NCBI GenBank assembly: GCA_963813335.1
Contig: CAWEYL010000001.1
Location: forward strand, 448,001 to 512,000
Length of the DNA stretch: 64,000 nucleotides
DNA from: an uncultured Chloroflexia bacterium
Lineage (GTDB): Bacteria; Chloroflexota; Limnocylindria; Limnocylindrales; CSP1-4
Direction of reading: 5' to 3'
The translations under genes were made by a program, and so were the position numbers. Below the pieces are notes generated by a model. It saw only the letters and a list, made by a program, of their open reading frames with translations, searched no databases and was not told where the DNA came from. Positions 1-8,536 of the stretch are shown here, one piece after another; position 1 is the stretch's first letter, and the number at the start of each line of letters is the position of its first letter.

Positions 1-135
1 TGCCACGTGGGGCCACGTCAACAGCGTCGTCTCACGCGCGCCGGATGGCTCGATGGCGGTCGGGACGCGGCCGTTGCTCGCGATGTCCGACGAGCTGCGA
101 TGCCCTGCTGGGCGCGCACTGATGGGAGGTCGGCG

Positions 136-987
136 ATGGCTGAGGCCCACCTGCGGGTCTTCCGCGGGACGAAGGCGTCGGAGGGTCGCTTCGAGGAGTT
201 CGACGTCCCGGTCGAGGAGGGGATGGTCGTCCTCGATGCCATCCACTGGATCCAGGGACACGAGGCGCCCGACCTGGCGGTCCGCTGGAACTGCAAGGCC
301 GCGAAGTGCGGCTCGTGCAGCGCCGAGGTCGACGGCCGGCCCAGCCTGATGTGCAAGACGCGCCTGTCCGACTTCGACCTCGAGCAGCCGATCACCGTCG
401 AGCCGATGCGCGCGTTCCCGCTCATCCGCGACCTCGTGACCGACGTCTCCTGGAACTACGAGGTCAACAAGACCATCGAGCCGTTCACGCCGCCCGCCGA
501 CAAGCCGCAGGAGGACTGGCGCTGGCAGCAGGAGGACATCGAGCGGGTCCAGGAATACCGCAAGTGCATCGAGTGCTTCCTGTGCCAGGACGTGTGCCAC
601 GTGCTGCGCAACCACGAGACCGAGAAGCCGTTCATGGGGCCGCGCTTCCTCGTCCGGACGGCCGGCCTCGAGATGCACCCGATCGACGTGGCCGACCGGC
701 GGCCGTACCTCAAGGAGGCCGGCGGGATCGGCTACTGCAACATCACCAAGTGCTGCACCGACGTCTGCCCGGAGCACATCCGGATCACCGACAACGCGAT
801 CATCCCGCTCAAGGAACGGGTCGCCGACGAGTACTACGACCCGCTGCGGATGGCGTGGCGATTCCTGCGCCGGGGATCGTCGTCGGCCGCCGGGACGGAG
901 CTCCCGGTGCTGCCATCCGGACCGGGCGGGAGCGATGCGCCAGATCCGGGCCCGCCCGACGATGGCGCGGGCGGAGGACCCGCCTGA
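136..987 (+). CDS. sdhB: Succinate dehydrogenase/fumarate reductase iron-sulfur subunit
   Basis: 2Fe-2S motif CKAAKCGSC, then CIECFLCQDVC and CNITKCCTDVC. ATG at 136 follows RBS GGAGGT. Low-complexity C-terminal tail. Confidence 0.93.
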   Translation: MAEAHLRVFRGTKASEGRFEEFDVPVEEGMVVLDAIHWIQGHEAPDLAVRWNCKAAKCGSCSAEVDGRPSLMCKTRLSDFDLEQPITVEPMRAFPLIRDLVTDVSWNYEVNKTIEPFTPPADKPQEDWRWQQEDIERVQEYRKCIECFLCQDVCHVLRNHETEKPFMGPRFLVRTAGLEMHPIDVADRRPYLKEAGGIGYCNITKCCTDVCPEHIRITDNAIIPLKERVADEYYDPLRMAWRFLRRGSSSAAGTELPVLPSGPGGSDAPDPGPPDDGAGGGPA

Positions 988-1049
988 CGGCCCGCGACCG
1001 CGGCGACGTCCCGGACGGGCCGCCGACCCTCTGGACGGACGGCGAGACC

Positions 1050-1589
1050 GTGGAGCGGCCAGCGACCGCGGCGGCCGCGGCCGAGGCGCCGACCGCAGCG
1101 GAGGCCCCGGCCGACGCTGGCGGCCCAGCGCTCCGCCTCCTGATCCGGACCGACGGCGCCGCCCGCGGCAACCCCGGACCCGCCTCGTCCGGGGCGGCGC
1201 TCTACGACCTCGCCCGCCCGGATGCACGGAACGACAAGGCCGACCCGGATGCGTCGATCTCGGCGTATCTCGGGATCCAGACCAACAACGTGGCCGAGTA
1301 CACGGGGGTCGTCCGCGCGCTCGAGCTCGCCCGCGACCTCGGCGCCCGCGAGGTCCATCTCCTCCTCGATTCGAAGCTCATCGTCGAGCAGCTCACTGGT
1401 CGCTGGCGGGTCAAGGACGCGAAGCTGCTCCCGCTCTGGTCGGCGGCCCGCAAGACCCTCGCCGGCTTCGACCGCTGGACCGCGGCGCACGTGCCGCGCG
1501 CGCAGAACTCCGTGGCCGACCGGCTCGCCAACGAGGCGATCGACCGGGCGCAGGCCGGGGGGCCGGCCACGGTCGTGCGACGGCCGTGA
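1050..1589 (+). CDS. rnhA: Ribonuclease HI (standalone, Rv2228c N-domain/YpdQ-like)
   Basis: TDGAARGNPGP, TNNVAEY, DSKLIVEQ, HVPRAQNSVADRLANEA. Start is uncertain (GTG 1050 or CTG 984). Confidence 0.9.
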   Translation: MERPATAAAAAEAPTAAEAPADAGGPALRLLIRTDGAARGNPGPASSGAALYDLARPDARNDKADPDASISAYLGIQTNNVAEYTGVVRALELARDLGAREVHLLLDSKLIVEQLTGRWRVKDAKLLPLWSAARKTLAGFDRWTAAHVPRAQNSVADRLANEAIDRAQAGGPATVVRRP

Positions 1590-1654
1590 ACGCGCGCCGA
1601 GGCGCTGGCGTCCCTCCACGGAACCGCACGTCCGTCGACGCCGTCAGGCCAGCC

Positions 1655-2113
1655 GTGAGGACCCTCGTCGCACCGGTCGTGCTCGTCGCTCTCGTCGCCG
1701 CCCTCGTCGCCGCGTGCGGCGGGTCCGGTGCATCGTCGAGCCCGTCGGTCGCCGGCTGGCCCGCCACGCTGGTCGGGACGAACTGGGGCGTGGTCTCGGT
1801 CGCGGGCCAGGCGTCGGTGCCGGCCCACACGCCGTTCATCGGGTTCACCGCCGACCGGGCGCAGGGCACCGGGGGCTGCAACTCGTTCGGCGGTCCGTAC
1901 ACCTACGACCCGGCGTCCGGCAAGCTCACCTTCGGTCAGCTGATGATGACGCTGATGGCCTGCCAGGGCCCCCAAGGCGATTTCGAGACCGTCTTCTTCG
2001 CGGCGCTCCAGGATCCGCAGCAGGTCACCCAGACCGCCGACAACCTCTTCTTCGACGGCCCCAAAGGCCGGATCGTCCTCGCGCCGGCAGCCCGGGATAC
2101 CGGCGGCGGGTAG
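1655..2113 (+). CDS. META/HslJ-domain lipoprotein
   Basis: Signal peptide with lipobox LVAAC; GTGGCNSFGGPY and TLMAC motifs. Start is GTG 1655 or 1586. Confidence 0.85.
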   Translation: MRTLVAPVVLVALVAALVAACGGSGASSSPSVAGWPATLVGTNWGVVSVAGQASVPAHTPFIGFTADRAQGTGGCNSFGGPYTYDPASGKLTFGQLMMTLMACQGPQGDFETVFFAALQDPQQVTQTADNLFFDGPKGRIVLAPAARDTGGG

Positions 2114-2121
2114 GATGGCCT

Positions 2122-2500
2122 CGTCAGCGAGGCGGTCGGATGGTCGCGCGGCGGCGGGGCGACCCGCTCGTCGTGAGGAAAGTCCGAGCTCCTCAGCGCA
2201 GGGTGGCGGGTAACGCCCGTCCGTCGCGAGACGAGGACCAGTGCCACAGTGACGATGCCGACGGCGGCCCTCGGGTCGCCGACGGAGTGAAACGCGGCAA
2301 ACTCCACCCGGAGCAAGGCCAAATAGGAGGGCGCAACCCGACGGCGGGCGACCGTCGCCGGGGGAGAGGTGCGCTGCCCAGCCCTCGGGTCGGCCGCATG
2401 AGCCGGTAGGTAACCGCCGGCCCCAGATGGATGGCCATCCCCGGCCGGCGCTTCGGCGCCGATCGGGACAGAACTCGGCTTACAGACCGCCTCGCTGACG
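2122..2500 (+). ncRNA. rnpB: RNase P RNA (type A)
   Basis: GAGGAAAGTCCGAGCTC, AGTGCCACAG, GTGAAACGCGGCAAACTCCACCCGGAGCAAG and ACAGAACTCGGCTTA. P1 = CGTCAGCGAGGCGGTC / GACCGCCTCGCTGACG. -10-like TAGGAT at 2111. Confidence 0.97.
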
Positions 2501-2660
2501 CTCCACCACCTCTGTTCCGAGGCTTCCAATGGACGGCATCACTGAAGGCCGGGTGGCGAGCGCGGCGCAAGGCGAAGGCGAGCACGAGAGCGAGCGCACC
2601 TAGAGGTGCGTGAGCGAACGCGCACAGCCGACAACGCGGCGACGAGCCGCTAGACGGCCT

Positions 2661-2904
2661 TCAGTCCTCGTCGGGGCGGAAGGTGTGGGGGGCGGTGCAA
2701 CTGTTGCAGATGGGCGTCGCCGCATCGAGGTCGCCGAGGGGGATCGGCACCTTGCGATCGGGATAGAGGCACTCCACGTCGTAGCACCCGCTCGCCGCCT
2801 GCCTCGACCTGGATCAGGCGCCTGAAAGTGCAGCGCCTGATGCGGTGCGGCGCCAGGTGGAAGGCGTCGGGTTGCGGCGGGATGACCGGGAGTGGCAGGG
2901 CCAT
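2661..2904 (-). CDS. Hypothetical ~80-aa four-cysteine protein carrying one +1 frameshift
   Basis: MALPLPVIPPQPDAFHLAPHRIRRCTFRRLIQVEAGGERV joins YDVECLYPDRKVPIPLGDLDAATPICNSCTAPHTFRPDED* if one base is removed at 2784-2787. Both halves have GC3-rich codons. Confidence 0.7.
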
Positions 2905-3053
2905 GACGCGGTGATTCGCCTCGATCCGTGCCGGCCGAACGGGCGTTCGGTCGGTTCTGGCGGCGGAGCCTAGCACCGTCGTCGTTCCTACGGCAAGGCA
3001 CGAAAGGTACTAGACTCCCGGCCGTCCAAGCCACCGACGGTCGAGGAGGGTGC

Positions 3054-3971
3054 GTGCCAGGCAAGACACCAGCCGCTCCGCCGCCCGACGACTGGACGGC
3101 CGAGGAGCTCCTCGCCGACCAGCCGATCGGTGCCGCCGTCGAGCCCGGCATGGCGATCCCGGAGCCATCGAGCTGGCTGCCGCTGGTGGAGGGGCGCTCG
3201 TCGAACCCGGTCGTCTGCCCGTTCTTCCGCGCGGTGGATGCCACTGGGGTCGTCGGCCCGCCGATCGAGGCCCCCGACGCCGCGAACCGCTGTGCCGCCC
3301 TGGCCGAGGTGGTCCCGCAGTCGCTTCGCCAGCAGCAGCTCGTCTGCCTCGCGAGCGGCCATGTCAACTGCCCGCGCTACCAGCACGGCGCCGTGGCGAT
3401 GACGCCAGTCCCACCCGCCCGTCCGCGCGCCCTGACGGCCGTGACCCCGGCCATCGCCCTCTCGCTCGCCATCCTCCTGCTCTCGTTCGGCATCTCCGCC
3501 GCCTTCGTCGTGGCGAACGGCGGCATGAGCCTCCCGTCGATCGCGATCGCCACCAGGTCGCCAGCCTCGTCCGCGTCGGCGCTGGCCGGGGCGACGGGGG
3601 GTGTGGCCGCGACGGTCGCGCCCTCGGCGGTGGCTCCGGCCGCGACGGCGAGCGCGATCGCCGTCACGGCGTCGCCGGCCGTCACGCCCGCCCCGACCCC
3701 GGTCGTCACGCCGTCACCCACCCCGGCACCGACGCCGAAGCCCACCGCGAAGCCGACCAAGAAGCCCACCTCGGATCGGTACGCCTTGCTGACGGCATGC
3801 CCCGGCAAGCCGGACTGCTGGATCTACGTGATCCGCTCGGGTGACAACCTCGCGAGCATCGCCAACTACTTCGGGGTCTCGCTCCAGACGGTCAAGGCGC
3901 TCAATCCCTGGACGAAGACGACCGGTCTCAAGGCCGGCCAGAAGCTGACGATCCCGACCCCGACCCGCTGA
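3054..3971 (+). CDS. Membrane-anchored LysM protein with N-terminal Cys/His motif and Pro/Thr linker
   Basis: RBS GAGGAGG before GTG 3054; -10 TAGACT at 3011. CPFF..NRC..VCL..HVNCPRY, one TM helix, PT repeats, LysM YVIRSGDNLASIANYFGVS..LTIP. Confidence 0.88.
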   Translation: MPGKTPAAPPPDDWTAEELLADQPIGAAVEPGMAIPEPSSWLPLVEGRSSNPVVCPFFRAVDATGVVGPPIEAPDAANRCAALAEVVPQSLRQQQLVCLASGHVNCPRYQHGAVAMTPVPPARPRALTAVTPAIALSLAILLLSFGISAAFVVANGGMSLPSIAIATRSPASSASALAGATGGVAATVAPSAVAPAATASAIAVTASPAVTPAPTPVVTPSPTPAPTPKPTAKPTKKPTSDRYALLTACPGKPDCWIYVIRSGDNLASIANYFGVSLQTVKALNPWTKTTGLKAGQKLTIPTPTR

Positions 3972-4019
3972 ACCTGCGGGCGACACCCGCGCGCCGCGCG
4001 GCCACCGCGCCCCGACCCA

Positions 4020-4054
4020 GCCACCTCGAGCCGACCCGGCCACCTCGAGCCGAC
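4020..4054. repeat. 16-bp direct repeat GCCACCTCGAGCCGAC x2 (19-bp period)
   Basis: Copies at 4020-4035 and 4039-4054. Confidence 0.8.
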
Positions 4055-4268
4055 GCGGCCCCTGACCCGGCACGACGCTCACCCCGAGAACGTTATGGCT
4101 GCCCGGGTTGCCCTGACCGGCGCGCCCGCCCGGTTCTGATGCAGATCCGTGCGGGCAAAGGCATACCCGCCCGTTCATCGGTGGGCACATAGCCGTCGAG
4201 TGGCTGAGGACCGGCCGTAACGCTCTGGTGGTGGTCGTTGTGCCGGGTCAGGGGCCCGTCGGCTCGAG
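4044..4268 (+). ncRNA. Putative structured ncRNA, long irregular hairpin (6S-like candidate)
   Basis: 4044-4077 pairs with 4236-4268, 4091-4101 with 4212-4222, 4105-4112 with 4160-4168; apical hairpin 4124-4156. G-U pairs work on the + strand. Confidence 0.5.
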
Positions 4269-4398
4269 CGGCGCCCCGACCTGAACGCCCCGGCGTCCGA
4301 CCCGGCGCCGTCCTGGGCACCAACCTCGGCCACCGCCGCGCCCCGGGGTCCGCGATCGTCCCAACCACCCGGCCATGTCCCCATGTGCAGAAACGGCA

Positions 4399-4460
4399 TT
4401 GACGGGAGCCGTTCGACCGCTAGAATGGCCCGAAGTGGCGCGAAGTGGTGAAAAGTGGGG
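4399..4460 (+). promoter_or_regulatory. mraZ/dcw promoter with three MraZ-binding repeats
   Basis: TTGACG 4399-4404, TAGAAT 4421-4426, then AAGTGG three times with GTGG at 4435, 4445 and 4455 (10-bp period). Confidence 0.85.
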
Positions 4461-4592
4461 AACGAACGATGGACCCGGCCGACCCGCCGGTGACAGCCCC
4501 GCCTCACCACCACTGCCAGCGGCCCGAGCCGCATGTCCGTACCGCACGCGACGTCCGCGACCGCAACCGCAACGACAGGGGAAGCCCGACTG

Positions 4593-5021
4593 GTGTTCAC
4601 CGGCGAGTACCGGCACACGGTGGACGACAAGGGACGGATCGCCGTCCCCGCGAAGTTCCGCGCCCAACTGGACGCTGGAGCCGTCGTCTCGCGCTGGCTG
4701 GATCCGTGCCTCGCGATCCACACCGCCGCCGGCTGGGAGTCCCTCTCGACCAAGGTCGCCGCGCTTCCGTTCACCGATCAGACCGCCCGGCGCTTCACGA
4801 GGTTCGTCTTCGCCGGGTCCGCACCAGCAGAACTCGACCGCCAGGGACGGGTCCTCGTCCCGGCGTATCTGCGCGAGTCCATCGGCCTCACGGCTGACGC
4901 CGTGGTGGTCGGGACGCACGACCACGTGGAGATCTGGGCACCCGACCGGTGGGAGGACTACCGCCGGGCGCTCGACGACCCACAAGCGCTGGCCGAAGCC
5001 TTCGAAGGGCTGGGGATCTAG
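4593..5021 (+). CDS. mraZ: Division/cell wall transcriptional repressor MraZ
   Basis: FTGEYRHTVDDKGRIAVP, LDRQGRVLVP, HVEIW. Confidence 0.96.
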   Translation: MFTGEYRHTVDDKGRIAVPAKFRAQLDAGAVVSRWLDPCLAIHTAAGWESLSTKVAALPFTDQTARRFTRFVFAGSAPAELDRQGRVLVPAYLRESIGLTADAVVVGTHDHVEIWAPDRWEDYRRALDDPQALAEAFEGLGI

Positions 5022-5080
5022 CGCCACCACATGCGCTTCCAGGATCCGCTCGGGATCCGATCGTTCGGGACGGAGGAGAG

Positions 5081-6028
5081 ATGAAGGATGGGCACATGCC
5101 GGTGCTGGTGGAGGAGGTCCTCGTGATGCTCGCTCCAGCGCCGGGCAGCCTTCAGATCGACGCCACCCTGGGCGGCGGTGGGCACACCGAGCGGATCCTG
5201 GAGGCGACCGACCCTGATGGCCGCCTCCTCGGCCTCGATGCCGATGGGGCGGCCGTCGCCAGAGTGGACGATCGCCTCCGAGCCCGCTTCGGCGACCGCC
5301 TCGTGCTTCGCCAGGCGAACTTCAGCGAGCTGGCCAGCGTCGCGCCGGCGGCCGGCTTCGGGGCGGTCGACGGCTGCCTCTTCGACCTCGGGCTCTCGAG
5401 CTTCCAGCTGGCCGACACGGACCGCGGGTTCGGGTTCCGCGCCGGCGGACCGCTCGACATGCGCTTCGACACCAGCCGCGGCGTCCCCGCGGCGACCCTG
5501 ATCGCGACCCTCGACACCGCCGAGCTGACCGCGCTCTTCCGGCGCTACGGCGAGGAGCCGAAGGCGCCGCGCATCGCCCGGGCCATCGTCGAGGCGCGCA
5601 AGACCGCGCCGGTCGAGACCGCCGAGGCGCTGGCCGCCCTCATCGAAAAGGTCGCGCCGCCGAACCCGCGTCAGCCGCGCCGGACGCACCCGGCGACCCG
5701 CGTCTTCCAGGCCCTGCGCATCGCGGTCAACGAGGAGCTCGAGGCGCTCCAGGCCGGCCTCTCCGCGGCGCTCGACCTGCTGCGCCCCGGCGGCCGCCTC
5801 GTGGTCCTCAGCTACCACTCGCTGGAGGACCGCATCGTCAAGCGCTTCATCGCCACGGAACGGCGTGGCTGCGTCTGCCCTCCCGAGCTGCCGGTCTGCG
5901 TGTGCGGCAAGAACCCGCGCCTGCGGATGGTGACCCGGCCCTCCCTGACCCCATCGGCGAGCGAGATCGCCGCCAACCCGCGAGCCCGCAGCGCCCGGTT
6001 GCGAGCCGCCGAGCGCCTCGCCGCATAG
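5081..6028 (+). CDS. rsmH: 16S rRNA m4C1402 methyltransferase
   Basis: HMPVL, DATLGGGGH, DLGLSSFQL, PLDMR, HPATRVFQALRIAVN, YHSLEDR. Confidence 0.97.
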   Translation: MKDGHMPVLVEEVLVMLAPAPGSLQIDATLGGGGHTERILEATDPDGRLLGLDADGAAVARVDDRLRARFGDRLVLRQANFSELASVAPAAGFGAVDGCLFDLGLSSFQLADTDRGFGFRAGGPLDMRFDTSRGVPAATLIATLDTAELTALFRRYGEEPKAPRIARAIVEARKTAPVETAEALAALIEKVAPPNPRQPRRTHPATRVFQALRIAVNEELEALQAGLSAALDLLRPGGRLVVLSYHSLEDRIVKRFIATERRGCVCPPELPVCVCGKNPRLRMVTRPSLTPSASEIAANPRARSARLRAAERLAA

Positions 6029-6106
6029 GGGGGACGGATCGACCGACGACCCGTGAGCCGGCCAGACGCGTCGGCCACGCCAGCAGGAACGGAAGGAGGA
6101 GCCCCC

Positions 6107-6304
6107 ATGAGCAAGCACCATCAGTCGAGCCGTCGCAAGTCCTACGGCCGCCGGCAGCACGAAGTCCGCGAGCGCCACGACCGCAACCATCAGCCGGAGG
6201 GCTTCGAGGTCGAGTACGGCGAGACGAACAACGCCGTCCCGGTCGATCCGTTCGCCTTCCTCGATCCGCGCGCGCCGCGGCTGCGCCTCATGTCGGCCGA
6301 CTGA
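6107..6304 (+). CDS. Small hypothetical protein (65 aa) inside the dcw cluster
   Basis: Strong RBS GGAAGGAGGAG before ATG 6107; GC3-rich codons; stop lies 3 nt before the ftsL-like gene. Confidence 0.7.
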   Translation: MSKHHQSSRRKSYGRRQHEVRERHDRNHQPEGFEVEYGETNNAVPVDPFAFLDPRAPRLRLMSAD

Positions 6305-6307
6305 GCG

Positions 6308-6688
6308 GTGGCTGTCTACGAGGGCGCCCGCCCACGGACCATCACGCTCCCGGGACGTCCGCGCATCGCGGAAGGCCCGACCCTCGGCCGGCGGAAGGTG
6401 CGCACGGCGGTCCGGGCGGGACGACGCCCGGGCCACTGGAGCCTCGTCCTCGGCACGATCGTGATCGCCTTCCTGCTCGCCTTCTTCTGGCTCGCCCAGG
6501 TCGTCCGCGAATCGGCCACGGGCTACGACATCGGACGGCTCCAGGTCACCCGCGACCGCCTCGATTCGAAGGCGCAGGACCTGCATTCCGACCTGAGCCG
6601 CCTCGGGCACGAGCCCGCCATCCGCAAGCTCGCCATCGATGCGGGGCTCGGCCAGCTCGGCGACCCCCTCATCCTGCCGGCCCGCTAG
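6308..6688 (+). CDS. ftsL: FtsL-like cell division protein
   Basis: Basic N-terminus, one TM helix, coiled-coil GYDIGRLQ..LS..IRKLA..GL; sits between rsmH and ftsI. Confidence 0.7.
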   Translation: MAVYEGARPRTITLPGRPRIAEGPTLGRRKVRTAVRAGRRPGHWSLVLGTIVIAFLLAFFWLAQVVRESATGYDIGRLQVTRDRLDSKAQDLHSDLSRLGHEPAIRKLAIDAGLGQLGDPLILPAR

Positions 6689-6703
6689 GCGATCGGGCGA
6701 ACC

Positions 6704-8536
6704 ATGCTGGGTCGGACCGATTCGAGATCGCGGCTGCTGGTGCTGCTGCTGGTCTTCGTGGTGGCCGCGGTCGCGGTCGTCGGCCGGCTCGCCTACTGGC
6801 AGGTCCTCCAGCGTGACGACCTGTCCGCCAAGGCCGTCGCCCAGACCACCATCCAGGTCTCGGAGCCCAGCCGGCGCGGCGACATCTACGACCGGAGCGG
6901 CACCGTCGTCCTGGCCACCACCGTCGAGCGCGACCGCCTGGTCGCCAACGCGAAGATCCTCACGCCCGAGCAGCGCCAGGCGACCGGCGACGAGCTGGTC
7001 CGCATCCTGGCGCTCGACGACACCGCCGGCACGGCACTCCGCGACAAGCTGCTGACCCAGAAGACCTACATCATCCTCGCCCGTGAGATCGAGCCGGCGG
7101 TCGCCGACCAGATCCGTGCGGCGGTCGCCGGCCGGGTCCTGACCGGGATCACCCTCGAGCCGGAGCCGCTGCGCGTCTATCCGCAGGCCGGCGGCGGGCG
7201 CGACTCCACGCTGGCCGCGCAGCTCCTCGGGTTCGTCAATCGCGAGGGCACGGGGCAGTACGGCGTGGAGCAGGCCTACCAGGACATCCTCGGCGGGGCG
7301 CCGCGCATCGCCGACTTCCAGCGCGACGCCCGCGGCCAGCCGATCCCGGAGACATCGAACGTCGTCTCGCCCGGCACGCCGGGCCAGGACGTGCGCCTCA
7401 CCATCGATGCCGGTCTGCAGCTCGCGGTGGAGCAGGAGCTGCTGGCCGCCCACGTCGCCGACGACGCCAAGAGCGTATCGGCCATCGTCATGGACCCGTA
7501 CACCGGCGAGGTATACGCGGAGGCCACCTACCCCTCGTACGACGCCAACGACTACCGGGCCATCGCGGCGAAGCACCCGGAGCGGTTCATCGACCCGATC
7601 GTCTCCTCGATGTACGAGCCCGGGTCCGTCTTCAAGATGATGACCGCTACCGCGGCTCTCGAGCACAAGACCGCCACGCTCGCGACCAGGATCAAGGACA
7701 CCGGCACGCTGCGCCTCGACAACGGCAAGACCAAGATCGACGACGCCGACCGGGTCGGGATGGGCTGGATGACGTTCGAGGACGGCGTCGCCTACTCGCG
7801 CAACGTGGTCGCCGCGAAGGTGGCGCTCGACCTCGCACCCACGACCCGGGCGTCGTCGGCGATCCTCTACGACACGTGGCTGAAGCTCGGCTTCGGGGCC
7901 AGGACCGGCATCGATCTCGCCAACGAGGCTTCGGGCATCGTGCGCGACCCGGGCCTCAAGCCCTGGGCGCAGATCGACCTCGCCAACGGCGCCTTCGGCC
8001 AGGGCGTGGCGGTCACGCCGATCCAGCTCGCGACCGCCTACGCGGCCCTGATGAACGGCGGATCCATCGTCCAGCCGCACGTCGTGAAGGCGGTGGGCGA
8101 GCGCGAGATCGTCGACCCGCCCAAGGCGCATGTGGTCAGCGCCGGTATCTCGAAGCAGCTCACCGGCCTGATGAACCACGTCGTGACGACGGTCCCGTTC
8201 TACAAGGGCCGCACGCTGGTCAAGGGCTATGACGTCGGCGGCAAGACCGGGACCGCGCAGATCTGGGACCCGAAGGCCAACCACGGTCGCGGCGCCTGGA
8301 AGGTGGACCTCTTCAACTACTCGTTCGTCGGGTACATCGGGCGGGAGAAGGGCGTGCCGGACCTCGTGGTCGCGGTGCGGATCGAGGAGGGGACCCCCAA
8401 CGTCGTCCGGGTCGGCCACCTCGAGATGCCGGTGATGTCGTTCGAGCTCTTCCGGCGGATCGCCACGGATGCCATCACGACACCCGACCTGCTCACCGAC
8501 CGGATGACCGCCGTCGGTCCGGTCGCGGCCCGGTGA
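6704..8536 (+). CDS. ftsI: Class B penicillin-binding protein (septal transpeptidase)
   Basis: RGDIYDR, EPGSVFK (SxxK), SRN, KTGTAQ. Confidence 0.93.
   Translation: MLGRTDSRSRLLVLLLVFVVAAVAVVGRLAYWQVLQRDDLSAKAVAQTTIQVSEPSRRGDIYDRSGTVVLATTVERDRLVANAKILTPEQRQATGDELVRILALDDTAGTALRDKLLTQKTYIILAREIEPAVADQIRAAVAGRVLTGITLEPEPLRVYPQAGGGRDSTLAAQLLGFVNREGTGQYGVEQAYQDILGGAPRIADFQRDARGQPIPETSNVVSPGTPGQDVRLTIDAGLQLAVEQELLAAHVADDAKSVSAIVMDPYTGEVYAEATYPSYDANDYRAIAAKHPERFIDPIVSSMYEPGSVFKMMTATAALEHKTATLATRIKDTGTLRLDNGKTKIDDADRVGMGWMTFEDGVAYSRNVVAAKVALDLAPTTRASSAILYDTWLKLGFGARTGIDLANEASGIVRDPGLKPWAQIDLANGAFGQGVAVTPIQLATAYAALMNGGSIVQPHVVKAVGEREIVDPPKAHVVSAGISKQLTGLMNHVVTTVPFYKGRTLVKGYDVGGKTGTAQIWDPKANHGRGAWKVDLFNYSFVGYIGREKGVPDLVVAVRIEEGTPNVVRVGHLEMPVMSFELFRRIATDAITTPDLLTDRMTAVGPVAAR

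Noticed and set aside
3660-3770. Quasi-repeats in the LysM and lipoprotein genes
   Set aside because: They encode ordinary Pro/Thr/Ser/Ala linkers.
4020-4054. Direct repeats as a CRISPR remnant
   Set aside because: Only two 16-bp copies with a 3-bp gap; no cas genes.
4095-4125. SRP RNA-like GTCAGGGCAACCCGGGCAGCC on the minus strand
   Set aside because: Lacks the CAGG-3bp-GNRA-3bp-AGCA geometry, and G-U pairs favour the plus strand.
5018-8419. Very long antisense ORFs (also 36675-40133, 27854-30220 and others)
   Set aside because: Shadow frames of real genes in high-GC DNA; Arg/Gly/Pro-rich with no motifs.
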